A DNA stretch of 64,000 bases from assembly GCA_965644295.1 (NCBI GenBank), contig CBFFRP010000247.1, forward strand, positions 106,194-170,193. The letters run 5' to 3'. Position 1 is the first letter of the stretch. Each line of letters opens with the position of its first letter. The notes beneath the pieces were generated by a model. That model worked only from the letters and a program-made list of their open reading frames with translations, did not search any database and had not been told where the DNA came from. Below are positions 37,615 through 50,300 of the stretch, piece after piece. The position numbers and the translations under genes were made by a program. The stretch is from Paraphysomonas bandaiensis. Lineage: Eukaryota; Protista; Chrysophyceae.

Positions 37615-38260
37615 ATACCACCATAATACTGTAGGGTGTAGGGGTTACCATAAACATCCGTTACGTCCATATGTACGGATAGGCCCGATACACTTTAACC
37701 CTACACCTGGCCTTAATACTCGTACCTTCTAATCTAACCCTTACCCTACCGTCTACTTCTCATTTCATACTTCCTATACTACTTCATCCTTATCCTTGCA
37801 CATTTGTAACGACTACGGGTGATTGAGCCTCTCGCCATCATGACTTGTTAACATATTGCTTGTCTTATCACCCCTATCCATGTGCACAGGTGATGTAGGG
37901 TAGGAGATAGCCTCCTTACAACACTCAGTACTTAACTTTACTCTTCTTAACTTTGAACTCAACTACGACATCAACTTTCTATTATATATCTAAAAATCCA
38001 TATCCTTCTACCTATATCCCCATAGTTAATTCTAGAAGTGGTTTCCCAGCCATAAATAGCTCTAGTTTTCTACTTCCAGAAATAATCATATAGAAGTCCC
38101 TTAACATCCTGCTACCTACTCTTATATCATCCTACCGAATACCTGCATATACGCATATACCATCATAATACTGTACGGGTTACCATTAACATCCGTTGCG
38201 TTCGTATGTACGAATAGTCCCGATGCACTCCAACCCTACATCTGGCCTTAATAATGGTAC
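37615..38260 (+). repeat. Two diverged direct copies of a ~100 bp repeat (37615-37720 and 38155-38260)
   Basis: cataatactgta..gggttacca.taacatccgtt.cgt...tatgtacg.atag.cccgat.cact..aaccctaca.ctggccttaata is present in both. Confidence 0.75.
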
Positions 38261-38337
38261 GTTCTAATATATGCCTCATTCCCAGAGCGTGCCAGAGTGT
38301 AGGCTCGCTGGTACACTACATATAACACAGAAATTTT

Positions 38338-38681
38338 GCACTGATTCTACCACCGGTTACCCGTGTACCAACGTAGCTGACCGCTTTGAACACGCGCACT
38401 ATCTGCTGTCGCCTCGCCCATGTTCACCTTCGCTAAGATTACGAGGGATTTCTCAAAGCTATGCATGACTTATATATGTAATTTTGCGCAAATTCTAGTA
38501 GGACCATGGTTTCCTCCCCATTACCTAACAAAGATTACGCGGAGATTCTCGTGACCATGCATGACTCAGTTTAGGCCTAGCGTGGCATTGGCCGGGCCCC
38601 TCCTTCCCCAGAATGAGCGGGGTTTCTCGCAATCTCATAATCTAGATCTAGCTAGAGAGCTTTCTTGGCGCCGACGCACAA
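38338..38681 (+). repeat. Dispersed ~340 bp repeat, copy 2
   Basis: Colinear with 8384-8722. Confidence 0.85.
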
Positions 38682-38930
38682 TGACTACACTAACCTAATC
38701 TAACCCTAACCCTACCATCTACATCAGGGCCTGGTAACTGTTTATGGCCTATTAATGGTAGTCCAGTTCCCGGCTATTATAATGGCATTAATGAAAAATG
38801 TCCCGGCAATTATAATGGCCGTTAATGGCCGTTAATACCTACTAACTTAAAGTAGATAATACCGCTCATAATAGATAGTATGTATAGTGCTCCCTTAATT
38901 ACTTATTTTTAATTAAATAATGAATTGTAA

Positions 38931-39392
38931 CTACTTCTCGCTCTCTACTGGCACATCAGGATCTTCTTGCAGGGCTTCATGGAGGGTATAAGCATCCTAC
39001 AACATGTATGTAATTGGTTCGTAGGAATAGCAACGATTCTAGACGATATAGATTCATGTTTCTACGTTCAGGAGTGATTATCAACTTTGCACGACTAAAG
39101 AGCCTCTCAACAACATTAGATTGTGCTTCAATATGAAGCAAGCAGCGGTAGTTGGCCTCATAGGACCCAAGTCGAGCTCTCTTGGTGACCTCGGCGCTGT
39201 CCAGAACACTCTGCGCAGTTCCTTCACTCTCGTCCTCGTTATTTCTGTCGGGTGCACCAAAATCAATGGATGAATCCAGTTGCAGATAGATGTCAACTCT
39301 CTTTCATCGTTCCCTTGAATTTTTAAAATTGAGGTAATACCAAAACCTGGTGAAATTTTTGATGATGGTTGGAAAAGGGTATAACTATGCAC
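38931..39392 (-). pseudogene. hAT transposase C-terminal (dimerisation domain) remnant
   Basis: A minus-strand frame reads NYRCLLHIEAQSNVVERLFSRAKLIITPERRNMNLYRLESLLFLRTN (SxxxERLFS motif), preceded in another frame by SILKIQGNDERELT. Confidence 0.8.
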
Positions 39393-39539
39393 AATAAGTA
39401 GCTATGAAGATATTAACAGTGTGAAAAGTATTACTTATAATAATATTTTTTACTAATTTCTTGCATATTATTTCAGTTTTACAGCTATGAAAGTCACCGA
39501 CTACACATATAAATATTACATACAGTTCACAAGTATGAA

Positions 39540-39950
39540 CTATAACCATCTCACTATACACCACTTTACGATCTCACTATACACCCATATACCATATATT
39601 ACTATGCATCACTATATACCATCTCACTATATTTTACCACTATACCATCTCACTATACACCCATCATATACCATATTACTATGCATCACTATACCATATC
39701 TCACTATATATTATACCACTATACCATCTCACTATACACCCATATACCATCTCACTATACACCCATATACCATCTCACTATACATCACTATATACCATCT
39801 AACTATACACCCAGATACCATCCCACTTTATACCACTACGCTATCTCACTATATTTTACCACTATACCATATATCTCACTATACACCCATAATATACCAT
39901 CTCACTATACATCACTATACTACCATCTTACTATATTATATACTATACAC
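39540..39950. repeat. Low-complexity satellite of (T)ACCATCTCACTATA units
   Basis: About ten imperfect copies of ccatctcactata; explains the H/Y/T/I/P-rich ORFs called here. Confidence 0.85.
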
Positions 39951-40881
39951 TGTAATAACTGTGTATGATGGTGTAGGAGAAGTGCAACGGGAAGAAGAAT
40001 GTCGTCAACATTCATGGCGACATATCCAACGACGACCCAGAGGCGGAGGAGGAGATACCACGAAAGCGCACGAGCAGGGTAAGTAATACTGTTCATAAAG
40101 ATGATGACAGAGGGCCGTCCAATCCCAGCAGAAAGCAGATCTGATACCTCCCACTGTTGCTGAACTTCGTCAGGAAATGATGCCCGGTCTAGCAGAACTT
40201 TGTGATCATTTTATGAGAAGAAATAATGATCTACTACCTGCGGCGTTGTCAACTCTCTTTCATCGTTCCCTTGAATTTTAGCCACTGCTTGCTCAAAAAT
40301 TGCACTGGCAACAATGCTTTCATTCAGGGAGAGGTATGGATGCAGCTCTGGATATTATTCTTGTAGCTGTATATCGAATAACTGGCGGGCTTGGTACAAA
40401 TTGGTTCCATCTCTTTGTAAGACGAGCGTAACACTTCAAGTTGCGCTTTCGAAAGTTGGCTGGAGTTAGAATCTGGAGTAAGGAGATACTTCCTTCCTTA
40501 TAAATTACAATAAATCGCCACCGTAAGGTAAGTTGTAAAGCCGTGGGCTTTTATAACACCCTTTAACACGTTTAATGACATACATCATCATAACAATATT
40601 GATAACTATGTTATTGCAATAACGATATAATAACATAATATATATGTAGGGTATATTATGCAAAACTTACATTTTGAAGCCTAAGATCACTGAAAAGAAA
40701 TGCGCTTGTTTGTCGAAACAAGAAAACAGAATGGTTATTTAACTTATCACAGCCAGATATACAAGCTCTCAAGTATCTCGCAACCTTAAGCTCCCAAAAG
40801 GTAGATCGATTAACTTCGCTATGATTAGTTAGATAAAAAGAGAGAGAGTGAGAAGAAGACAAGACAGACAGACCCCTAGTT

Positions 40882-41031
40882 CGTATCGGCATCCTTTGTG
40901 TATTTTTGTTCTTATATCCCTCAAATATTGAGATAATAATTATCTGTATTCTAGACGTATTTTTATTGCACTAATATAGATAATTTGTGCTTCAATTTAT
41001 TCCCGAAAAATAGAATGCTGACTGCCCATAC
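40882..41031 (-). mobile_element. ~150 bp MITE-like repeat
   Basis: cgtatcggcatcctttg...gctgactgcccatac; reverse-complement relative of 41345-41494. Confidence 0.75.
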
Positions 41032-41269
41032 TTAGTCTAAAGACTCCTCCTCATACACAGGACATTGAATGCAACCACAACCGTACAATATGCTCATACA
41101 TGTACTACACTACATACGATTCATATCCTACATCGATTATAGTCAAAAACGCCCTGAAATACGCCTAAATACTGTAGGTCTTTTCCAAAAACCACCGATT
41201 TTTGAGTCCCAAAAACACAAAAATCCCCAATTTTTGAGAATTGCAGAAAATCGCCGATTTTCGAGCCAC

Positions 41270-42665
41270 CAACACCCAAAAATGACAATATTCGAATCCA
41301 CAAAAATTGCAAGCACATTTCAACCCGTTAAACATCGCCATTCCCGTATCGGCAGACTGCATCTATATTTCGGATATAAATTGAATCAAATATTCTCTAT
41401 ATTACTGATATACAACTACGGCTTAAATACAGATAATTGTTGTCTCAATATTTGAGGCACCTCTGAACAAAAATAAATAAAGGATGCCGATACGCCTGCG
41501 AACCAGTGTACAACAGACCTAGCCATCTATCTATACATAGGGAAATTTTACCATCAGCATGCCTAGAACACCTATACATCTGCGCCCAATGGCACCGTAC
41601 GAGTTCTCTCCCATTCTACAGAAAATCGACGATGTGTAACACTGCAAAAATATTCGTATATCCGAATCCAGAGCCATGAGCAAGCACACAGTGCTGTTCA
41701 AAACCATCAGAAAGCTTCTCATAATGAGGAATGAACTACGAATATCGCCCATGCGGTACCAATCAATGCTTCCAAACCCGAATCGCTGTTACACCGACTG
41801 CTATATGGATATAGGCGTAAACCAACGGGTGGCAATCATGTAGACCAACGAAATTGTGTGTATCAATGCTTCCTAACCCCAATCGCTGCCGTAAGCCTCC
41901 TCCTAATCACGCTGGTATTACTCATCCCCGTCGTAAAGCTCGTAGGAAATACAGAAGTCGTGTCCATGATGGTGAGTAAGCCTTGTTTTGTTCCCTTTAG
42001 ATAACTCTAATAATTCAATCTATCAACTACTTATAAAACTTATTCATTCCTTCTCCATATACTATAACCGCCTATTATACCAATATATATCATCATATAA
42101 AACTACCAAGGGTGTTATAAAAGCCCACGGCTTTACAATATGTAGCTGGTTTTGTATGAGATTGATGACAACAAAAGATACAGATTATTATTAGGAGAGC
42201 AAGACAGCAGACTACTAGGATTTACCCTCGAACACACGTTTTCTTTGGTCTACGCGATTGCTACCCGTTGGTTTACGCCTATATCCATACGGTAGTCGGT
42301 GTCATAGCGTTTTGGGTTAGGAAGCATTGATTGGTACCGCATGTGCGATATTCGTAGTCCATTCATCATTATGAGAAGTCTTTTGATGGTTTTGAACAGC
42401 TCTATGTGCTTGCTCATGGCTCTGGATTCGGATATACGAATATTTTTCCAGTGTTACACACCGTTGATTTTCTGTGGAACGGGAGAGAACTCGTACGGTG
42501 CCATTGGGCGCTGATGCATAGGTGTTCTAGGCATGCTGATGGTAAAATTTCCCTATGTAAACACGGCTAGGTCTGTTGTACACTGGTTTGCAGGAATGGC
42601 GATGTTTAACGGTTGAAATGTGATTGCAATTTTTGTGGATTCGAATATTGTCGTTTTTGGGTGTT
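41270..42665. repeat. Pair of inverted ~430 bp repeat copies (41270-41344 plus 41495-41860 versus 42232-42665)
   Basis: Long reverse-complement matches, e.g. catagggaaattttaccatcagcatgcctagaacacctat and aatattcgtatatccgaatccagagccatgagcaagcaca. Confidence 0.85.
41345..41494 (+). mobile_element. ~150 bp MITE with 10-bp TIR CGTATCGGCA
   Basis: cgtatcggca...tgccgatacg. The segment is absent from the paralogous inverted copy at ~42590, which is the empty site. Confidence 0.8.
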
Positions 42666-43304
42666 TGGTGCCCTTCTTGGCTACATGATTCACACAACTC
42701 GTGTAACCTCGCAGTATATCTTGTTTAAGGAGATCATTGCACAACGAACTAATATATATGATACAGAGCACTGAGAGGATTCTCTGAATCCACTCGGAAG
42801 AAGACTCAGACTGTAAATTACACTGCCATCATCGTTGCTAATATAATATGCCATAAATTCAGAGAATACTTGCTTTGCTTAGTTAGCTAGATTCTTCAAC
42901 TTTGGGGAAAAATATTGTTTTTATGAATGTTTCTAGGTGAAATATGCATATATTCAATGATTTTTTAGAGTGTTTGGGTATAAGGGTACGTTGCTATGGA
43001 TATTGCTCCCTCGATAAAGTCGGACTCGCACCTTTTCGTGGTGTTCTGGGGGATAAGTACAGGAGAGATTCTCTCTGGGAAACTAACGTGAGCCGCAAAC
43101 ATAGTCAGCAGATATTGTTCTGCCCACTCATAGCCGAATGCTTGTGAGGTACAAGGGACACTAATAAGTGTCACTTGTGTAGACATCTTTGGGCCCTGAC
43201 GAATAAACAGGCATCCGGGAATGGGCCCACCTCAAGGGTAACCGGGGTATTGGGCTGCCTGCTGAAGTCAAGCATCCTGGATGTTCACCTTAAGTACTCA
43301 GAGT

Positions 43305-43492
43305 GGAAGTGGTCGCACCTTGGTGCTTGCGGCGACGCACAAGCAGCTTCTGTAGCGTTAAATAGTAGGATAAAACAAAGTGTGTACTGATTAGTTACAG
43401 GTAGAGCTCTAACTAGTTTGTCTAGCATTCATCAGGCTACTAGGTTGGTGCAGGTTTTTAACGCCTATTGCTAATAATAAGCCTTTCAATAT
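43305..43492 (+). repeat. ~190 bp dispersed repeat (inverted copy at 59624-59810)
   Basis: gcaccttggtgcttgcggcgacgcacaagcagcttctgtagcgttaaatagtaggataaaa is exactly reverse-complemented at ~59739-59799. Confidence 0.85.
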
Positions 43493-44325
43493 GGATATTG
43501 CTCAGGAAACTATTCTCTAACTCAAGAATGCATTGAGAAAATAGTGAACAAGGTCACCACAAAGTTCTTGTAGAGTTGCATGAACATTGTTGTCTAATAT
43601 TGTTTAGAGTTTCTTCGGAGTGTAGAGGAGATACTATATTCTATATTATCTTAATAACACTCAGTTCTATATATAGCAGTACAGGTTATTAATGGGATGC
43701 CATTAATGGTCCATTAATGATAGTCAGGTTACCGGCAATTATAATGGCATTAATGACAAATGTCCCGGCAATTGCCATTAACGGTTACCAGGCCCTGATA
43801 TACATCTCATTTCGTATTTCATACTACATCCTACACACTACTTCTTCCTTATTCTTATGCCTTAATAACCTTCTAAATTGCCATACCCATTTTCGCAAAC
43901 ATTAATAATTAAAAGCCTCCTAAATCACCCACATTTGTCATACCTAATTTTGCCTCATCTGCTTCCAACAATACTATACCTATAGTCCCGCCGTTTTGTC
44001 CTCGAGAAAAGAGAAAGAAGTGTTGTGATGTGTGCTTGTACCTCGTTACGTATCATGATGCCAACTTTACTGTAGCACTGATTTATAGGCCACATACTCC
44101 TTTCAATTTTTAATCAAGTAATAGATGTATTTATATTATTGACACTAAATTATACGTAAGTACGATCATATACTTCTACTAGATGATCAGGAAGTGTACT
44201 ATCTTCTATAATAGCACTGAAACAAACTAAAAGGTAACTAACACTCTCAATTATCTCTCACAAGTCGATTGTGCAGATATAGTTACAGGAATACTTTCCT
44301 GTGGCCCGTGTTTATATAAACAGTC

Positions 44326-47300
44326 TCATGAGGACAATGCATCCACCTTGTTAGTTTCACTCGATGAACTCTCATACACCGACAGATGATTAATTGAGCC
44401 ATCAGATGAACTCATGTATCGATCACTGTTAGTTGACGAACTGGAAATCGAGTACTGATCACGAGATCGAATACTTCCATTGTGAGAACTGTCGTTGTGA
44501 TTATCACCACTATCACAGTCTAGTGAACGAGGCATCATACCATGAACAACTTCTTTCGACGACTCGGAAGATGATGTGATGGAGTAAACTTCGCCAAGGA
44601 ATGACACACCACTACTCGACGAAGAAAAATCAAATGAAAATTTGTCACGCTCTTCACTTATATCTTCTGAGTCCAACGTATCGCCCCTGGCTTTCGCCGC
44701 ACACTCGTTGTCAGAGTGTGGGTAATACAGCTCATCCAGCTCAGTGATGCTGGTCAGCCTCATTCGGGTTCCCTCGTTTTCAACGGAGCCATTTATACCG
44801 GCATCGTCATATTCATCCCCAGTTGAGGAAGCAAAACTGCCGGCCCTAATCCTCGCTGAGAGCTCTTCGCGTGCTGTTGACATTCCCGTGTGGCGCTTAC
44901 TATTGTATTCCTCATCACTCACACTGATATCACCACTGTCCGATACATAGCTCCCGGCACGGTGTCTAGATACTGCACTGTCTAAATCAAATGACCAACT
45001 GCGTTGTCTCACAATGTCAGCCGAAGAGTCAGTAGACACCAACCTTGACCTCTGTTGAGACAAGTTTTCATCACTGGAATTATATACAACTCTCCGCGGC
45101 ATTTCCTCACCGCTTTTCATTTGGTATGATCCATTTTCAGATGATTCAATTTCCAATGGCACACCAACTAATGGTGACACACCATCAGGTATTGACTTGG
45201 TAACTGTACGATTCGATATCATTCTCCTTAAAACTTCGAATAAGATGATGCCCAGCAATAAATAGCCATACCATGGGTTGGACTGAAGGTTGGATAGCAG
45301 TACGAATACAAAAGCAATTATAATTGGCTGTATGCTATGAAGAATAACTCGCTGAAGGCGGATATTTATGGTCCCAATATACTTGAGCAGAGTAACTAAC
45401 ATTGCAACAACACTTACACGCCCCAAGAATCCCATTACGCCCCCTCGTGTACGATTCCTAGAGCGCTTCAACCCCAACATATTACCACTACTATTTTCTC
45501 GCCAGTCGCGGCCCATACGTGATGGTGGATAGTAAGAGTGAAACGCCAGCACGATAGAGCTCTCAAATAGGTCATTGAAGTTTTCAGCCACTCTAGTGCT
45601 CACGAAGAAATATGAAGGTGTGTCTAGAAGGGGCAATTTCCTCTTCACTGGCGAAAATGCATAATCAATGGTGCCCGTCAGGGCCGTAATCGTACGCTCC
45701 ACATCAGCACTGACAAGCTAGCAGAGATATTAACAGGCTATAGATATTATACAATCACTTACTTGCGGGATACCATAATTGATCCATATACATTCAGAGG
45801 TCTCATAGAACAAAACTTCAATGATAAATTGTATAGCGCATGCTATGCAATACCCTTTCTGCCAACCGTAGGTTCTTGACATACCACGAAGGATGGAAAA
45901 ATAGGCAAAAAATAAGTTCAAAAAGACAACACAAATCCATGCCAGAATCTTTGCTGTCTTGGTGACTACAAATGAGTGCTTGAAACTGCAAATCAGAAAA
46001 CTTACATAACAACATTATGGTATACTAAAATCTACTTACTCCTCTTCAGTTTTTGTGTGAAATATTCTTCCAGCTGGACTATTTCGTCCGAGGAGATCAA
46101 TAACAAACAGGTGAAGCAGTTCCAATCCTAAACATACAACATAACAACAACTGTCACACTGTCAACTACATTGCACCTGTGTGCACATCTGTAGCAATAC
46201 GTAGTTTATTGCTTTTTTCGCTACATATAGAAGACACATTCTGAATCTCCAAGTCAACCAAACTTTCAATCGATGGTGTACATGGCAATGCCCACGCCCG
46301 ATCAGCCCTAAAACGACCGGCTTTAGCGTCCCAACTTTAAACAACAGTTACTTATATACAGATATAAATTAAGTAGTCCTACCCCCAGCGATCATCAAAA
46401 TCTCGAAGATATTTTCCATTTAGCTTGGCACGTTGATCATGGAAATCTTCTAAGAATTGGTCAAATGTGACTGAATCCAACTTCTCGTTTGCAACTACAT
46501 CAGGCCCAACTGAGGACGTCGATCGAATCTCATGCGATGGCATCGTGCCGTAGCGTCTCGCCAGTTTGGCTTTTCTTCTACGCGCCTTGCTACTACAGAC
46601 AATAGCATCGAGACTAATTGTGCTGGACTGACTCAGTACTTTAGATTCTCCCCTTTCAGGATCTTCAATGATACCCACACTCGAAAGACGCTTTAAAGAG
46701 CTTCCTAGTGCACCCCTGGCTAACGCATGGCTACTTATTACAGCGGGAGGTAGTGTGCGAGTAGTATCGTCAAGAACAAATGAGCTCTTGAGTCGAGTTA
46801 ATCCCCAAGCTTTTTTCGTTTTCGCTTTACCCATACTATTAACAGCCGCATGCACGGAAGTCGTAACGACATTGGATGCTCTTCGTGCTACCTGGCTCAT
46901 TCGGCGCCCCACACTCTGAACCATAGAATCTACTTTATTCTCATCTGCAGTGGGGGCACTCAATATGTCCTGTCGTATCGCACACATTATTTAAATATTA
47001 GGATGCAATACTTTATTTCAAACCTCGAAGAGAAAATCAACAACCAGGTTGATGGGCGCCGTGAGAACAGCTATCAGGACTGATATTATAACAATGACCT
47101 ATATAGTCCGTTAATAGAAAACATACTTCGTGCGCATCATACTGCACCTTATACGATATCGTTGGCTCCACCCACATACATGAGCCACCGCCATCGTCGC
47201 TAAGATTCCACTCACACGTGGTCGTACTCGTATCGAACATGGACCGTTCCGACAAACATGATTTCTCGTCTACGTATGTACCACATGTGCCATCATCAGT

Positions 47301-50300
47301 GGGGTACTCCACATCATAAAAAATTGCAATCAAAAACATAAGCATTGTTTGCACAGTTAACACATGCAGTCCAGCTTGTAACCGTCTTTCTTCAGCATCC
47401 GGTCCATTGGCCAAAATCATAACAACATATCTACCCAGTTCGTAATTAAAATAAAGTGGTATATAGAGCGAACGTCTACCTGTGGTGTTTTGCCACTTCG
47501 GAAACTAGACACTGCCATGAAGAGCCATGGGACTGAAACACGGAAGGCACAAGTTCCCTACGTTGTATTGATCAAGTGGTACTTAAATACAACCTAACAC
47601 ACAATACCTGATGTAATTCAACAAATATTTTTTCTGTACACTAGTGTCGCTCTCCTCTAAGCCACTCTTCGTAGTTCGATTTCCAACTACCGATTTGTGT
47701 CGAATCTTGTTTTGTTTATGTGCGAACGAAACACGAGTTAATTCTAGCATAGATACCAAACCCACTGCCCACATAGAAAAAAACATTATGATCACGAGCA
47801 ATACGTCCCTACAAGTTGTGTGTTAAACTACCAGTGCATTGCATACATATGTAAAGTACCTAATGCCAGCAGTTGTGATATTATCCGACTCTAAAATGGT
47901 TTCAACGAAATCAGTATATGTATTTTCCATTATAGCAACAACTTCCAATGACCCAGATGAGCGTAGGGCGTTATCGCTAGTTGACGACAGCAATCGTTTC
48001 GATTGCGCATAGTTGATCATGCACCGACATGTTGTATTGGTCTCGGTGAAGCCAACCACTTCGCAAGTTTTGCTGTCAGAAATCATAACTCCACCAACAA
48101 TGACACGACACTCTGGTATTGTCTGAAAGAAAGGACAAGTGGTCTTCAGCACTCTTGGAGTTCCGGTGCACTCGTGGGATACAATAAAATTTGATCCCGG
48201 ACAGGTATAGTTGTGTACGCTGTGGTCGTAATCTAAGCAGCTCGTCGTGAATGACGTATTTGTAATGTTAAATAAGCTGCCATGTAAGGGTTGGTGATTT
48301 CTCAGTACCACCATAACTTCCTCGAAAGCTTTTCCACTGCGGGGGGTTGTAATTCGAATATTAATTGGGTTGGAGGTAAAATTAGAACTGTTTTGATATA
48401 GCTTAGCTGCGCTTTCAATAACACTCACAGCGACAGAAGATACACTCTCTGCCTTACTCCCATTGATTATAACCACAGACTTCTGAATATCAAGGGCCTC
48501 CTCTTCACCTGTTCGTGGCAATGTGACCGCAAACCCACTACCATCCAATGATCGCACGGCAGACACAACCCGTGATAATGATTGTACATATGCTACGTCT
48601 TTCTGACCAGCCACCATCTGTGAAGAAATTAAATCAGAGTACTTGTCGATCAATTCGGCGGACGATGTCCAGTTGCTGAAGGCAGTTAACCGTCGTCGAG
48701 AAGAAGGGTTAGTAACAATTGAGGAGCACATATCAATCGCTTTGTATACGCTAACCTCCTCATATGCCAATTCGAGAACATCGGCACTATCAAGCAAGAA
48801 GTACACAAGATCATACAATATGGCACACGCATCGGGTGTCAGCTCAGCTGGATTAGCAGACAACTGAGATACTGTCGCAACAGCACTTACGATGTTATCC
48901 GAGGTAGCATCACTGTACACCACAGTTGTCGATGCAGAGTCAATCAATTGCCACCTCGACTGCTGCTTGATTTCAAGCACCTCAGTTGATGTATCACAAG
49001 CGTCACCAGAAAAACCATTATCACAAACACAGACAGCTCGACAAGAAACATCATCAGCTCGACAAAGACCAACGACATTTCCAGTCGAAATATCTTCCAT
49101 TTGGCATATTCCCCTTCCCGTACAATTGCGAGGACATTGCTTCAACATGTACTCGCAAACTTGCTCTGTACAGCTCTGATACATTCCACAGTCATTATCA
49201 GTACCACATAACAACCCCAGCGTTTCAATATTTAAAGTGCCCGAGTAGCACACAGAATTCGCATCTCCTTCTGCTCCAAAGTATCCAGTCCAGCATTTGC
49301 CACAGGAATGGGACGTAGAACCACAATCATACCGATGCAGGGAAGCGCAATCAGGAGCTAGAGAGCAGTTTGCTGTGTTGATGACGCCTGTCAGTACAGC
49401 TATAGTCTGTTTCGTCGTATCTATACTACTTTCACTTTCCATTAAAAGATCGACAACAATAGACGACAGGTCTTCCGGGGTTGAAGTAACTGGCTCAACA
49501 GTTACAGTGTAAAACTCCACAGCATTGGCATCCAATAAATTGTACACGGTAACTTGACAACTCACACTATGATTCGCACTGGAAGAGACTGCGGGAAGTG
49601 TGCTGCTGACGTATGTCAACTCCGACCTCGCGTGCAGCGTCAACAGATCACCACTGGCAGAAAAATAGCCAAATGAATACGTCAGTGGCAGCTCTGAATC
49701 TGTCCACTGTGATGCCATCATCATGAACTTGTCTTGCAGTTCATAGCCACTTGTAGGGTCAACCACGAAGCTGCCAGGTGAAGGGGGACCCACAACATCT
49801 ACAGTCACGGATGATGAAGCACTCCCCACGGAGCAGGTAAAAGTAAATGAGGCTCCCATATAGAGCGTACTACCTCCCAATACAAGATTGAACGCAGTCA
49901 AACTACCTGGTGTCACTACTCTGCTAACCGGTGTCAACGCTGATGATACCAAATCGATGCTGTCATCGTTAATGAACCACTCAGCTGTGGTTAAGGAGAA
50001 TACTTCAACAAGAGCCTGTACTTTAATCTTTTCCGCGTACTTCACTTTTCTCGACGACAATGACAAGGAAACTTTGGGAGAGAGTGGTGGGGCGATTCTG
50101 ACAGTCACAACAGCCACATCAGAGCGGTCATAGGAACCAGATACTGTCAAGGTCACAACGGTTTCTGTGTTCACCAGAGACTCTGAATTAGCAGTGACGG
50201 TCACAGTGTCGAGACTTTCACTTGGAGTCAAAGTTAATCCACACCCAGCCCTGCTACTGTCGACAGAGTCTGTGCAGCTCCACGACAATGAAAGGCCAGC

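Larger units (their letters stand above)
40533..42138. mobile_element. Segment bounded by a perfect 31-bp inverted repeat (TGT...ACA-type ends)
   Basis: ttgtaaagccgtgggcttttataacaccctt (40533-40563) and its reverse complement (42108-42138). No TSD evident. Confidence 0.55.
38725..43797 (-). mobile_element. Degenerate hAT DNA transposon with nested insertions
   Basis: TIRs cagggcctggtaactgtttatggc / gccattaacggttaccaggccctg; 8-bp TSD atctacat / atatacat (1 mismatch); ATGGC/ATTAAT subterminal repeats; internal hAT transposase remnant. Confidence 0.88.

Noticed and set aside
38690-38716. TAACCC telomeric repeat as a chromosome end
   Set aside because: Only two to three imperfect units inside a dispersed repeat, with a second copy at ~37735.
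39487-40086. 199 aa H/Y/T/I/P-rich ORF
   Set aside because: Arises from the ACCATCTCACTATA satellite.
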